Origin: Thermoanaerobaculia bacterium
Lineage (GTDB): Bacteria > Acidobacteriota > Thermoanaerobaculia > Gp7-AA8
Assembly (NCBI GenBank): GCA_046590705.1
Contig: JBKJUK010000213.1
Location: 1 to 48,841 of the forward strand
Direction: 5' to 3'
Length of the DNA stretch: 48,841 nt
Translations under genes and position numbers: made by a program
Shown here: positions 15,956 to 24,634 of the stretch, in pieces
Position numbering within the stretch: the first letter of the stretch is position 1
How the letters are laid out: every line of letters begins with the position of its first letter
The notes under the pieces: generated by a model
Told to the model about the DNA's origin: nothing
What the model saw: only the letters and a program-made list of their open reading frames with translations
Databases searched by the model: none

Positions 15956-16429
15956 TCACTCCGCTGGATGCTGATGCTGACTCGTCGCACCATGCACCTT
16001 ACGGGAGATGGCGCGGGAGTCACGAATTGCGGCATACCAGCCAACTATGTCGCGACTCAGCAACTGCAACGCCGCTACGAACAGCGCTGGATCGGCGTAA
16101 AGTGCTTCCAGAAGCTCATCGCGTGAGACGAACTCGAGCCTGCAACGCACTGCCGTCCTGGCCGTGAACTCACACACGCGATCCGAGAAAATAGAGTCGA
16201 GGCCGAGGGTTTCACCGGGAAGGGCAAGGCGTGGAGTGAGACGTTCCCCTGAGAGTAGATCGATGGAAAGGTTCACCCGGCCTTCACTGACCAGATAGGC
16301 GCCTTCGGGATTCGTTCCGCGGCTGAACAAGACCGTTCCCTTCGGGACATTGCGCCGCTGGCCTCGTGCAAACCGAAGCATCAGACGCGTCCGAGCGTCG
16401 CTGTCGATGAGTTCTGGAGTTGTGATCAT
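15956..16429 (-). CDS. Stand-alone cyclic-nucleotide-binding domain protein (Crp-like, no HTH)
   Basis: 157 aa with GTVLFSRGTNPEGAYLVSEGRVNLSIDLLSGERL...LALPGETLG typical of a cNMP-binding barrel. The ORF stops before any DNA-binding domain, and none is found in the other frames downstream. Confidence 0.65.
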   Translation of the reverse strand: MITTPELIDSDARTRLMLRFARGQRRNVPKGTVLFSRGTNPEGAYLVSEGRVNLSIDLLSGERLTPRLALPGETLGLDSIFSDRVCEFTARTAVRCRLEFVSRDELLEALYADPALFVAALQLLSRDIVGWYAAIRDSRAISRKVHGATSQHQHPAE

Positions 16430-17411
16430 CTGGCTGAGCTCCCGCGGTTCGTAACTTTTTTCCGAGATCGATACTCTCCACTAGAGCGATCGAAGTTCTG
16501 ATTCTCGCGGTACACACTCTTTACTTTCTACTGCCGGGCCTCTGCAAGGTAACGGTGACGAGGCGGAGCCGACATGACTAACGTTGCTGTTCGCTGTGAT
16601 TCGGATCACCTTCCTGCCGTCCCTGCCAGCAGCACGAAGACTGTCCCGTAGACCACCTCGAGCAAGCCGACCTGTTTTGGCGAGGCCGAGGAGGCGCGCA
16701 ACGACAGGCCGTGTGCGCATCGGCCGAGGAGAATCAGACTCCCGGCAGGCAGCGGCCAGCCGAAAGGTGCATTCCAGGGGAGGAGAAATACGATCATGGT
16801 CGCCAGTAGATGGAAGAGCACAACAGAAACAATCTGCCGCCCTCGTTCCGGCCGGGATTTGCGAGAGTTCCGATCTCGCTCCACGGCGGGTCGTGTTCTC
16901 CAGGGAAATGCGTCCGGCGTGCATCGGCATAGCAGTGGAGGCATTCCAGATTGCAGCTCTTCGTTGCATTCCGGGACGACGACCGGGCCGTTGCTCTCGC
17001 TCGTGCCCATGAGACTGCCTGGCTTCGGGAAATCGGAAGCTGTCCCCCGAAAAGGATGCTTCGGTGAGGAGTTTCGTTACGCGCAGCATGACGCGTTGAT
17101 CGTAGACGCTGCTGTGTCGGCCTGGGGGTGTGCATGGTCACAGCGGCGTGTGAACACCGGGCTCTCGTTTGATCGACCAGCCGTTGCAGAAGGTCGTCGT
17201 AAGCGAGATCCTGGTCACCTTACAGCGGTATTCGCTGCACCTTTAAAGCACTAATTGCGCCGCTTTGAGCGGCTCCGAAGATTCGAAAGTGGCAGGCGTC
17301 AAAGAAGTGTCAAAAAATTAGGTTATTTAAAATTTGTGGCCTAGCATCGTTTTCCAGGGGAAGTAATCCCTGCTCAGAAATCCATTCTTCGGAATGGAAA
17401 GAGAGAACAAA

Positions 17412-18143
17412 ATGAAGAAGTCTTTGTTGTCGACGGTATTGGTGTTGTCCCTGGCAGGAAGCGGATACGCAAGCGGAGGCGGGCAAGGTCCTGCACCGGT
17501 CCAGCTTGGCACGGCGGGTACTTTCACAATTTTGAGTAAAACCGGTATCACCGACGTTTATGCATCAGCAGTTGTTGGAAATGTGGGAACGAGTCCTATC
17601 ACTGGCGCAGCTCTTCTACTCTCCTGCGGCGAAGTGACCGGGAAAGTTTTTGTCGTGGACGCGGCAGGTCCTCTACCCTGCGCGATCAATGACGCCACAA
17701 CGTTGGGCCTGGCCGTGGGCGACATGGGGTTTGCCTACGATGACGCAGCCGGACGGTTGTCGCCTGACTTTGTTGAACTGGGTGCCGGTGAAATTGGCGG
17801 GCTGACCCTCACTCCCGGACTCTACAAATGGGGTACCGGTCTTCTGATCACGACGGACGTCACTCTCTCTGGTGGTCCGAACGATGTCTGGATTTTTCAG
17901 GTAGCAGGAACCTTGAATCAGGGGAACGCCACACGAATCACGCTGGCTGGTGGCGCGTTGCCCAAGAACATTTTCTGGCAGGTCGCTGGCGCAGTGACCA
18001 TTGGAACCACAGCACATTTTGAAGGCGTAATGCTGGCAAAAACGCTGATCGCAGTGAACACCGGAGCATCGGTCAACGGCCGTCTGCTGGCGCAGACCGC
18101 GGTCACTCTTCAGATGAACGCGGTTACCGAGCCCGCCCCGTAA
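17412..18143 (+). CDS. Secreted DUF3494 / ice-binding-like family protein
   Basis: Signal peptide MKKSLLSTVLVLSLAGSGYA. Hallmarks LGTAGTFTILSKTGIT...GNVGTSPITG, LTLTPGLYKW, DVWIFQVAGTL, KNIFWQVAGAVTIGTTAHFEGVMLAKT, TGASVNGRLLAQTAVTL. AT-rich upstream region. Confidence 0.85.
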   Translation: MKKSLLSTVLVLSLAGSGYASGGGQGPAPVQLGTAGTFTILSKTGITDVYASAVVGNVGTSPITGAALLLSCGEVTGKVFVVDAAGPLPCAINDATTLGLAVGDMGFAYDDAAGRLSPDFVELGAGEIGGLTLTPGLYKWGTGLLITTDVTLSGGPNDVWIFQVAGTLNQGNATRITLAGGALPKNIFWQVAGAVTIGTTAHFEGVMLAKTLIAVNTGASVNGRLLAQTAVTLQMNAVTEPAP

Positions 18144-18536
18144 AAACGGCGGCACCTCGAGGGGACTAACGTCCCCATGCAGGTAGTTTGGGAAGGGTTG
18201 AAGACTTCTGGTCTTTGACCCTTTCTTGCTTTCGCGGGCTGACGAAACATCAGGTCCTGTCCTGCATCATCACGGCGAGCGTTCGTCCCCGCAGTACGAC
18301 CATACACCCGGTCCAGGTCCGGAACGCATGCGGAAGCGGGTGGTAGTCGTAGCGCCGTCGTAAGCCGCAAGGAGCCTTGCTCTGCCCTTCCGCCTTTTCG
18401 TCGTCGTCCCCGAGGACCACCTGATCCAGGCCGTCTCCATGCCGGGCGGCAGTTGCGCGACCCGCCATACTTCCAGGGTTAAAAGCGCCGACCCACGGGC
18501 AAGGGACCTACCGCGCTACTCTTCTTTGAGATGATC

Positions 18537-18613
18537 TGGTCGGGCAGGGGAGATTTGAACTCCCGACCACCTGAACCCCATTCAGGTGCGCTACCAGGCT
18601 GCGCTACTGCCCG
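18537..18613 (-). tRNA. tRNA-Pro (anticodon GGG), CCA encoded
   Basis: Hand-folded cloverleaf. Acceptor CGGGCAG/CUGCCCG, D stem GCGC/GCGC, anticodon stem CCUGA/UCAGG with loop AUGGGGU, variable loop UGGUC, T arm GGGAG-UUCAAAU-CUCCC, discriminator A plus CCA. 77 nt. Confidence 0.95.
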
Positions 18614-18800
18614 ACGTTCAGAAAGGGCGGATGGTAACACAGGGCGCTGGTCGCTGGCCGGTGGCCGGGGTATGGGGGCCGGAGCAGTGAACGGCTGCTT
18701 CGGTATGTGTGAAGACTCATGATCCCGAGACGCGAGGTGTGCTGCTGTACCGCGTCTGCTCGCGCGGTATTGCCAGGACCGCGAGGTGATCTGATACGCC

Positions 18801-18826
18801 TCTACTCCGGCCCCCGGCCCCCGGCC
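18801..18826 (+). repeat. Intergenic repeat family D (TCTACTCCGGCCCCCGGCCCCCGGCC)
   Basis: A near-identical TCTACTTCGGCCCCCGGCCCCC occurs at 39266-39298. A partly complementary GGCCGGGGTATGGGGGCCGG lies about 140 nt upstream (around 18656-18677). Confidence 0.6.
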
Positions 18827-18937
18827 TCCGTACCGCCTGAACTGAGAAGCGAGCGCCCGGTCTCTGCCGGTGATATTCTCGTACTCGGTATCTAAGTCGG
18901 ACCGGCTGGATGTAGCCGTCCGACGACTCATCTACCT

Positions 18938-21900
18938 GTGGAAAACGCAAACTCAAGTTTGACCGGGCCGCTGGACGGACGGCAGATTCTGGTGGTGGAG
19001 GATGACCATCCGATGGCCATGCTCTACAGCGCTGTGCTGACCAGAGCGGGAGCCGTGGTCGAGACCGCAGACACTGGAGCACTGGCCCTGAAGAAGGCCG
19101 AAGCGCGCTCCTGGGACCTTCTGATTCTCGACATGCATTTGCGCGATATGACCGGGATCGATTTCCTCAAGTCGAGGGGCGCGAAGAGTTCAATCATTCC
19201 GACCATCGTCATCACTTCGCACGCAGATCTCGAAATCGCGCTCAGCGTGATTCCTTTCGGGATCGCCTCGTATCACCTCAAGAGTAAACAGACGGTCGAT
19301 TCGCTCGTCGAGATCGTGAGGGCCGCCATTGAAGTGCAGGAGTTGCGGAGCCGTCTGCTCGCCTCGGAACGCAACCTGCGCGCGGTGTATGACACGGCAC
19401 CGTATGCCATGTGCGTAATCAACCGGGACACAGGGAATGTGGTGGAGGTCAACCCAGCATTCAGCAGGCTATTCGGTGAAGGAGCCGACCTCTCTGGAGA
19501 TAAGCTCGAGAGTCTTCTGGGCGTTCTCCTGGCGGTGGATCCGGATACTACGCAGGCAGTGCCCCTCAATCTTTCGGGTAAACATTTGCTGCTTGAAGTG
19601 ACCGCCGCAGAGATCACCCGTGACGGCACCAACTATCTCCTCGCCCACTTTCGCGATCTTTCGACCGCGGTCGAACTGGAACAAACCAGAGACAGGATGG
19701 AGTTGCTGCTGTCGCAATCGGACCTTCTGTGCCTTTTTGTCAACATCGACGGGACCATTGAGGAGTGGAACCAGGGAGCAGAGAAAGCCCTTGGCTACAC
19801 CCGGAACCAGATGGTCGGAACCAAGGTCTGGGAACTCGTACATCCGAAGCTTCGTGAGAGTGTCCAGCTTACCTGGCCGCAGCGGTCTGTGGACACGACC
19901 GGACCAGAGTCACGGTGGATGATTACGCACCGCGCCGCTTCCGGCGAAATCCTCACTGTTGAGTGGAACCGCAGCATTCTTCGTGATCAGAAGGAACGCG
20001 TCACCGGAGTTGCGGTGTTCGGAACCGTGGTCACCAAAGACCGGGAAGCCGAGTTGCGTGCCCGTGTGCTTTTCGAAGAAGCACTCACCGGCATTCTTCT
20101 GGTCGACGAGAACAACGACGCCATCGTTGATGTCAACCCGATCGGAGCGGCATACTTCGGAATCCAGTCCGATGTCCTGAAAGGCTCGTCGTTTCTCGGC
20201 TTGTTCGACGTGGATGAACGTCCTATCCTGCGCCAGAAGCTCGACTCACTCCAGAGAACCCAGGGAGCGATCAGTGGACAGGCTCGCGCCTCCAGGCGTG
20301 GCGGTACCTCCTTTCTCTTCGCCTACCGCGCAAGCCGTATCTCTGTGGCAGGAAAGCCGCTGACTCTGGTCATGGGTCGCGATGTATCCGAGATCTGGCG
20401 AGCGGAAAGCCGTTATCAGGAACTCTTCGAGCGTTCGCTCGAGCCCATTCTGATCACCGAGCCTGTAACCTCAAGGATCATCGATTGCAATCCGGCCCTC
20501 GAGAAGCTTACCGGCCGTACTCGTGAGGAGTTGTTGGAAACGACTTCGATTTCACTGCGCCCCGCACCAGATCGCGAAAGGATCGAAGGGCTGGTAGCGA
20601 AAACGGGCCACGACCCGGACGGTACGCAGCGCGAATATCCATCCAGGTTTCTGCACAAGCAGGGTCACATCGTCGACGTGATCATCCGCAGCTCTCGGTT
20701 CAGCCTCGAAGGTCGATCTGTCTTCATCAGTTTCGTTCGCGACGTCACCGCTGAGAAAGTTGCCGAAGCGCGGTACAAGCAGATGTTCTTCGAAGGTCGT
20801 GAGCCGATCGTGATCATCGACCCGTCGAGTGGTTCGTTCATCGATGGTAATCCTGCGTTCGAAAATCTGACGGGTTACCGGCTGAGCGAGCTGCAGAATC
20901 TGAAGGCCGACGATCTGATCGCCGAGACGGAGCAGAGCGGTGTGCGGCTGATTGCGAGGAGTGAGACGCTGTTGCTGCGATGCAAAGATGGGGATCTCGT
21001 AGACGTGGCTGTCCGCAGCTCGCAGATCAGTGACAAGCATGGAATCGCACTCATGGCAATTTTTCGGGATCTGCGACCGGAAAGACGTGAGGCCGATCTC
21101 GAACGTTCGCTGAATCAGATGCAGAAGATGCAGTCACTTGGTCTGATGGCTTCGGGCATCGCCCACGATTTCAATAACACGCTGATGTCGGCGCTCCCGT
21201 GGGCTGACCTGATTCGGAGGAAGTACCCCGACGACGAGACACTGCAGAAGTCGGCCGATCACATACGGAAGGCCGTGCATCGAGCGAAAGAAGTAACGCG
21301 TCAGCTGCTCGATTTTGCCCAGCCCAAGCGCCCGCAGATGCAGAGTCTGAGGCTCAGCGAGATCCTCAGCGAGCAATTGAAAATGATCCGCCCCGCACTG
21401 CCTCCAGAGATCGAGATCGTCACCGAATTTTCTGCGGAGGATCCGAAAGTGGCTGCCGATCCGGCGCAGTTGAGTCAGATCGTCCTGAACCTCGCTTTGA
21501 ATGCACGCGACGCCATGCCGGACGGAGGGGAACTCAGGTTCGCCACGAGAGCGGTGACGCCGCAGGAGGCCAGCCGCTGGAATGTAGCGGGATCCAGATT
21601 CCTGATGCTTACGGTCTGCGATACTGGCACGGGCATCAGCCGTGCCGCCCTCGAGAAAATCTTCGATCCCTTCTTCACGACCAAAGACATAGGAAAAGGG
21701 ACGGGACTCGGACTGTCCGTGGTACACAGAATCGCTGCACAACATGGCGGCTCGATCTTTGTCGAGTCAGAGATTGGGAAGGGTACTACTTTCTTCCTGC
21801 TGCTCCCCCTGAGTGGCTCGGAGAAATCGAGCTCTCCTGTTCCTGCTTCCATCAGCTCGGCGCCCGCTGACAAGTATCTGGGACTGCAGTTTCTCATCAT

Positions 21901-22252
21901 CGACGACGAGGAGATCGTGGCAGAGGGACTGCGCGCAATTCTCGAATCAGAAGGCGCCCAGGTCACGCTGGCCTCGCGTGGCGCCGTCGCTCTGCGACTT
22001 CTGGACAGTGGCTTCAAGGCGGATGTGGTGATCCTCGACCTGGGATTACCTGAGATGAGCGGCGAAACAATTCACGGCGAGATCAGGAAGCGACTGCCGG
22101 AGCTACCCATCCTGATCTCATCCGGCTATGGCGAGGCCAGTCGGATCGATCCTATTCTGCGCGACGGCTTCACGCGTTTCAAACAGAAGCCGTACGAGAT
22201 GGAAGAACTCTTCGCCGAGATCGACCAGTTTTCGAGCTTCCAGCGTCGCTGA
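18938..22252 (+). CDS. Hybrid sensor histidine kinase (REC - multiple PAS - HisKA - HATPase - REC)
   Basis: N-terminal receiver ILVVEDDHP...LLILDMHLRDMTG. Several PAS-like repeats. H-box ASGIAHDFNNTLMS. ATPase boxes LNLALNARDAMP, DTGTGI, GTGLGLSVV. C-terminal receiver FLIIDDEE...VVILDLGLPEMSG. GTG start. Confidence 0.9.
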   Translation: MENANSSLTGPLDGRQILVVEDDHPMAMLYSAVLTRAGAVVETADTGALALKKAEARSWDLLILDMHLRDMTGIDFLKSRGAKSSIIPTIVITSHADLEIALSVIPFGIASYHLKSKQTVDSLVEIVRAAIEVQELRSRLLASERNLRAVYDTAPYAMCVINRDTGNVVEVNPAFSRLFGEGADLSGDKLESLLGVLLAVDPDTTQAVPLNLSGKHLLLEVTAAEITRDGTNYLLAHFRDLSTAVELEQTRDRMELLLSQSDLLCLFVNIDGTIEEWNQGAEKALGYTRNQMVGTKVWELVHPKLRESVQLTWPQRSVDTTGPESRWMITHRAASGEILTVEWNRSILRDQKERVTGVAVFGTVVTKDREAELRARVLFEEALTGILLVDENNDAIVDVNPIGAAYFGIQSDVLKGSSFLGLFDVDERPILRQKLDSLQRTQGAISGQARASRRGGTSFLFAYRASRISVAGKPLTLVMGRDVSEIWRAESRYQELFERSLEPILITEPVTSRIIDCNPALEKLTGRTREELLETTSISLRPAPDRERIEGLVAKTGHDPDGTQREYPSRFLHKQGHIVDVIIRSSRFSLEGRSVFISFVRDVTAEKVAEARYKQMFFEGREPIVIIDPSSGSFIDGNPAFENLTGYRLSELQNLKADDLIAETEQSGVRLIARSETLLLRCKDGDLVDVAVRSSQISDKHGIALMAIFRDLRPERREADLERSLNQMQKMQSLGLMASGIAHDFNNTLMSALPWADLIRRKYPDDETLQKSADHIRKAVHRAKEVTRQLLDFAQPKRPQMQSLRLSEILSEQLKMIRPALPPEIEIVTEFSAEDPKVAADPAQLSQIVLNLALNARDAMPDGGELRFATRAVTPQEASRWNVAGSRFLMLTVCDTGTGISRAALEKIFDPFFTTKDIGKGTGLGLSVVHRIAAQHGGSIFVESEIGKGTTFFLLLPLSGSEKSSSPVPASISSAPADKYLGLQFLIIDDEEIVAEGLRAILESEGAQVTLASRGAVALRLLDSGFKADVVILDLGLPEMSGETIHGEIRKRLPELPILISSGYGEASRIDPILRDGFTRFKQKPYEMEELFAEIDQFSSFQRR

Positions 22253-22330
22253 ATTTCTGCTTTTGTGGCCCAAGTTTTCAACTTCGGGTCGTGCGTCAGT
22301 GATGATGCAATGGCAGGCGCGGTGTCGCGT

Positions 22331-22355
22331 AACAAACCGGAGTTGAAAACTCCGG
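22331..22355 (-). terminator. Candidate rho-independent terminator for the minus-strand receiver-like gene
   Basis: Stem CCGGAGT/ACTCCGG with loop TGAAA, followed on the minus strand by TTTGTT. Confidence 0.4.
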
Positions 22356-22495
22356 CCACATGGTGACGTGCGTCGATCTGGTTTGTGGTGATTCTTCGGG
22401 CGCTCCTGCCGAGGCACGATCCTCCCATTGATCACGCAGCCACGCGGTTTAACTTTAACTCGCAGCGCGCGAATATCCGTCACGCGCCGGGAGGG

Positions 22496-22876
22496 TCAGG
22501 CTGCCGCCCGGGCGGGGAACGATGCGGAAAGCAACCGGGTCAATTGCCCCGTGCTGCAGCTGTTCGCTCCATCAATCGGGACCTGCAATTGGTTGAGCCC
22601 GACTGATTCCGCATAAACAACGACGTGAGCGAAGTCGTCACGAAGTGCCTGCATGATTCCAGTGAGGGCCAGCAGGTCCGGGTGTGTCCCGTCCAGCACC
22701 ACCAGCGACGGATCGAATTCCGGACCGAGCAGGGCGATCATCTCGCGTATGTTGCTGGCCATGGCCAGAGTGGTGGATTCCAGCCAGCTCAGTCCTCCTC
22801 GCAGTTGTGAGGCTTGATGTGTGACGACGATCAGTCTTAATCCACGGTCGTTTCTCACTGGTACGCGGCTGGCCAT
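22496..22876 (-). CDS. Receiver-like (degenerate REC) domain protein
   Basis: About 126 aa from MASRVPV. REC-like beta-alpha pattern LRLIVVTHQ...SLVVLDGTHPD...HVVVYAES, but the acidic pair is replaced by T-H. The longer ORF start at 23020 would overlap the divergent EBP gene. Confidence 0.45.
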   Translation of the reverse strand: MASRVPVRNDRGLRLIVVTHQASQLRGGLSWLESTTLAMASNIREMIALLGPEFDPSLVVLDGTHPDLLALTGIMQALRDDFAHVVVYAESVGLNQLQVPIDGANSCSTGQLTRLLSASFPARAAA

Positions 22877-22948
22877 TGGGTCTCTCCAGTAGTGAGTCGC
22901 AGACACGTCGTTTTTGATACAACGATTCGGGCGTTTACAATCGAACAG

Positions 22949-24298
22949 ATGAAACGGCGAATTCTCGTTGTGGATGATGACACCGATGTTCTGGCGGGTC
23001 TCGGTGCTCTCCTGGCGCACACCGAGTGGGACGTCGCCACCGCTTCGTCAGCGCGGGAGGCCTTCCGGCAATTCGAGAGTTTCGCTCCCGACGTTGTCCT
23101 GCTCGACGTGATGCTTCCTGATATGTCAGGGATCGAGGTGCTCGACCACATCAAGGCGGTCAGCGAGATCACGCCGGTGATCATGATGTCCGGCGTCGGC
23201 ACTGTAGACATCGCGGTGCAGGCCATGCGACTCGGAGCGGAGAGCTTCGTGCCGAAGCCATGCGACATCGACAATCTGGAGCTGGTACTCGAGCAGGCCA
23301 TGAAGCAGGTGAGACTGCAGCGCGAGCTGACCGCACTTCGTCGCAGTTCGCGAGTCGAAAAAAAGTTTCCCGGAACCTCGAAAGTCGCCGAGGAGATCAA
23401 CATCTGGATCGACCGCGTTGCATCAGCTCCATCGCCCGTACTTCTTCTCGGAGAATCCGGCACGGGAAAGGGTTTTGTAGCGCGCATGATTCACGCGCGC
23501 TCGCAAAGGAGCAGGGAACCTTTCGTCGATCTGAACTGCGCTGGGCTTTCGCGAACACTTCTCGAATCCGAGCTTTTCGGTCACGAAAAAGGAGCCTTCA
23601 CCGATGCCTCCTCGGCCAAGCAGGGTCTGTTCGAGATCGCAGGTCAGGGCACCGTCTTTCTCGATGAGATCGGTGAGATGGAACCGTCCGTTCAGGCGCG
23701 GCTGCTGAAGGCTCTGGAGGATAAGAAGTTCAGAAGGGTCGGCGGTGTCCGCGACCTCCAGGCTGGTTTCCGGCTGCTGGCAGCCACGAACCGGCGACTC
23801 GAAGAGGAAGTCGCTGCAGGGCGCTTCCGGAAAGATCTGTTCTATCGATTGAATGTCGTTGCGATTCAGATTCCCCCGCTGCGCGATCGACTGGAAGACA
23901 TTCCTATTCTCGCGGCCGCACTGTTCCAGCAGTTACTGGAAGAAATCCCGTCGACGGCGAGCAAGGTTTCCGAACGTGCGCTGGCCAGGCTTTCGAAGCA
24001 CTCGTGGCCAGGCAACGTCAGAGAGCTGCGGAACGTGCTCGAGCGAGGATTGCTCATGAGCAAAGGGACGGAACTGAAAACCGAGGACCTTCTGCTGGAG
24101 AATTCAGCGAACGTGGCCAGTTCGACAGGCGTTCCCGTACACGAATGGCAGATCGAACCGCTGGAGAAGATGATCACTGAATATGTTCGCGGCGCAGTGG
24201 AAGCCGCCGGTGGAAACGTGAGGAATGCGGCTCGCCGTCTCGGAATCAGTCCGACCACGCTGTACGCCCGCCTGAAGGAACGGCCAACGGAATCGTAG
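22949..24298 (+). CDS. Sigma-54-dependent response regulator (NtrC family: REC - AAA+ - Fis-type HTH)
   Basis: REC ILVVDDDTD...VVLLDVMLPDMSG. Walker A GESGTGKG. GAFTDA loop (GAFTGA variant). Walker B VFLDEIGEM. C-terminal HTH NVRNAARRLGISPTTLYARL. Start set at ATG 22949. Confidence 0.9.
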   Translation: MKRRILVVDDDTDVLAGLGALLAHTEWDVATASSAREAFRQFESFAPDVVLLDVMLPDMSGIEVLDHIKAVSEITPVIMMSGVGTVDIAVQAMRLGAESFVPKPCDIDNLELVLEQAMKQVRLQRELTALRRSSRVEKKFPGTSKVAEEINIWIDRVASAPSPVLLLGESGTGKGFVARMIHARSQRSREPFVDLNCAGLSRTLLESELFGHEKGAFTDASSAKQGLFEIAGQGTVFLDEIGEMEPSVQARLLKALEDKKFRRVGGVRDLQAGFRLLAATNRRLEEEVAAGRFRKDLFYRLNVVAIQIPPLRDRLEDIPILAAALFQQLLEEIPSTASKVSERALARLSKHSWPGNVRELRNVLERGLLMSKGTELKTEDLLLENSANVASSTGVPVHEWQIEPLEKMITEYVRGAVEAAGGNVRNAARRLGISPTTLYARLKERPTES

Positions 24299-24321
24299 CG
24301 CGGACTCGTTATGCGGGGAGT

Positions 24322-24352
24322 GTGGAGCACAGGCAATCCTGCCTGTGGCGCG
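24322..24352 (+). repeat. REP-like repeat family A (GTGGAGCACAGGCAATCCTGCCTGTGGCGCG), copy A1
   Basis: The core CACAGGCA-ATCC-TGCCTGTG is an 8-bp-stem hairpin. An identical 31-mer occurs at 35088-35118. Other copies are at 24544, 39023, 39175, 42409 and a half copy at 45532. Confidence 0.9.
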
Positions 24353-24543
24353 TGGGAGTGACTTCGAAGGCGTTCGTATACACCGCGAGCGTCGCAACAT
24401 GTCGGTGGCTTTACGACGCACCCTTCAGGCGCGAACTTTCTCCCGCCCCGCGAAAGTTCGGATACCGGACGCGCTGCTGCGCGACCCGCGGTCCGCTGCT
24501 TCTCTACTGGTTACTGGCTACTCCCCCTACCAACTACTTCGCT

Positions 24544-24573
24544 GCGCCACAGGCAGGATTGCCTGTGCTCCAC
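24544..24573 (-). repeat. REP-like family A, copy A2 (inverted relative to A1)
   Basis: GCGCCACAGGCAGGATTGCCTGTGCTCCAC is the reverse complement of A1. A1 and A2 bracket 191 bp of non-coding DNA between two convergent genes. Confidence 0.9.
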
Positions 24574-24634
24574 ACAAAACAGAAACGGCAGGAGCTCTTG
24601 GCGCCCCTGCCGTTTCAGTTTTTAGTGAGCGAGA

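Noticed and set aside
16932-16955. A radical-SAM-like CNLECLHC (CxxxCxxC) motif in the 16794-17141 minus-strand ORF. This raised the idea of a RiPP-type pair with the Cys-rich ORF.
   Set aside because: The surrounding sequence is Arg-rich junk. There is no GGEP-type SAM motif at the right distance in any consistent frame, and the ORF is only 115 aa and overlaps others. It is most likely chance, or at best an unrecognisably decayed remnant.
18537-18613. A tRNA-Pro-anchored genomic island covering the DUF3494 region.
   Set aside because: No integrase gene and no direct repeat of the tRNA 3' end could be found between 15800 and 18536. I keep this only as a weak context note under the DUF3494 finding.
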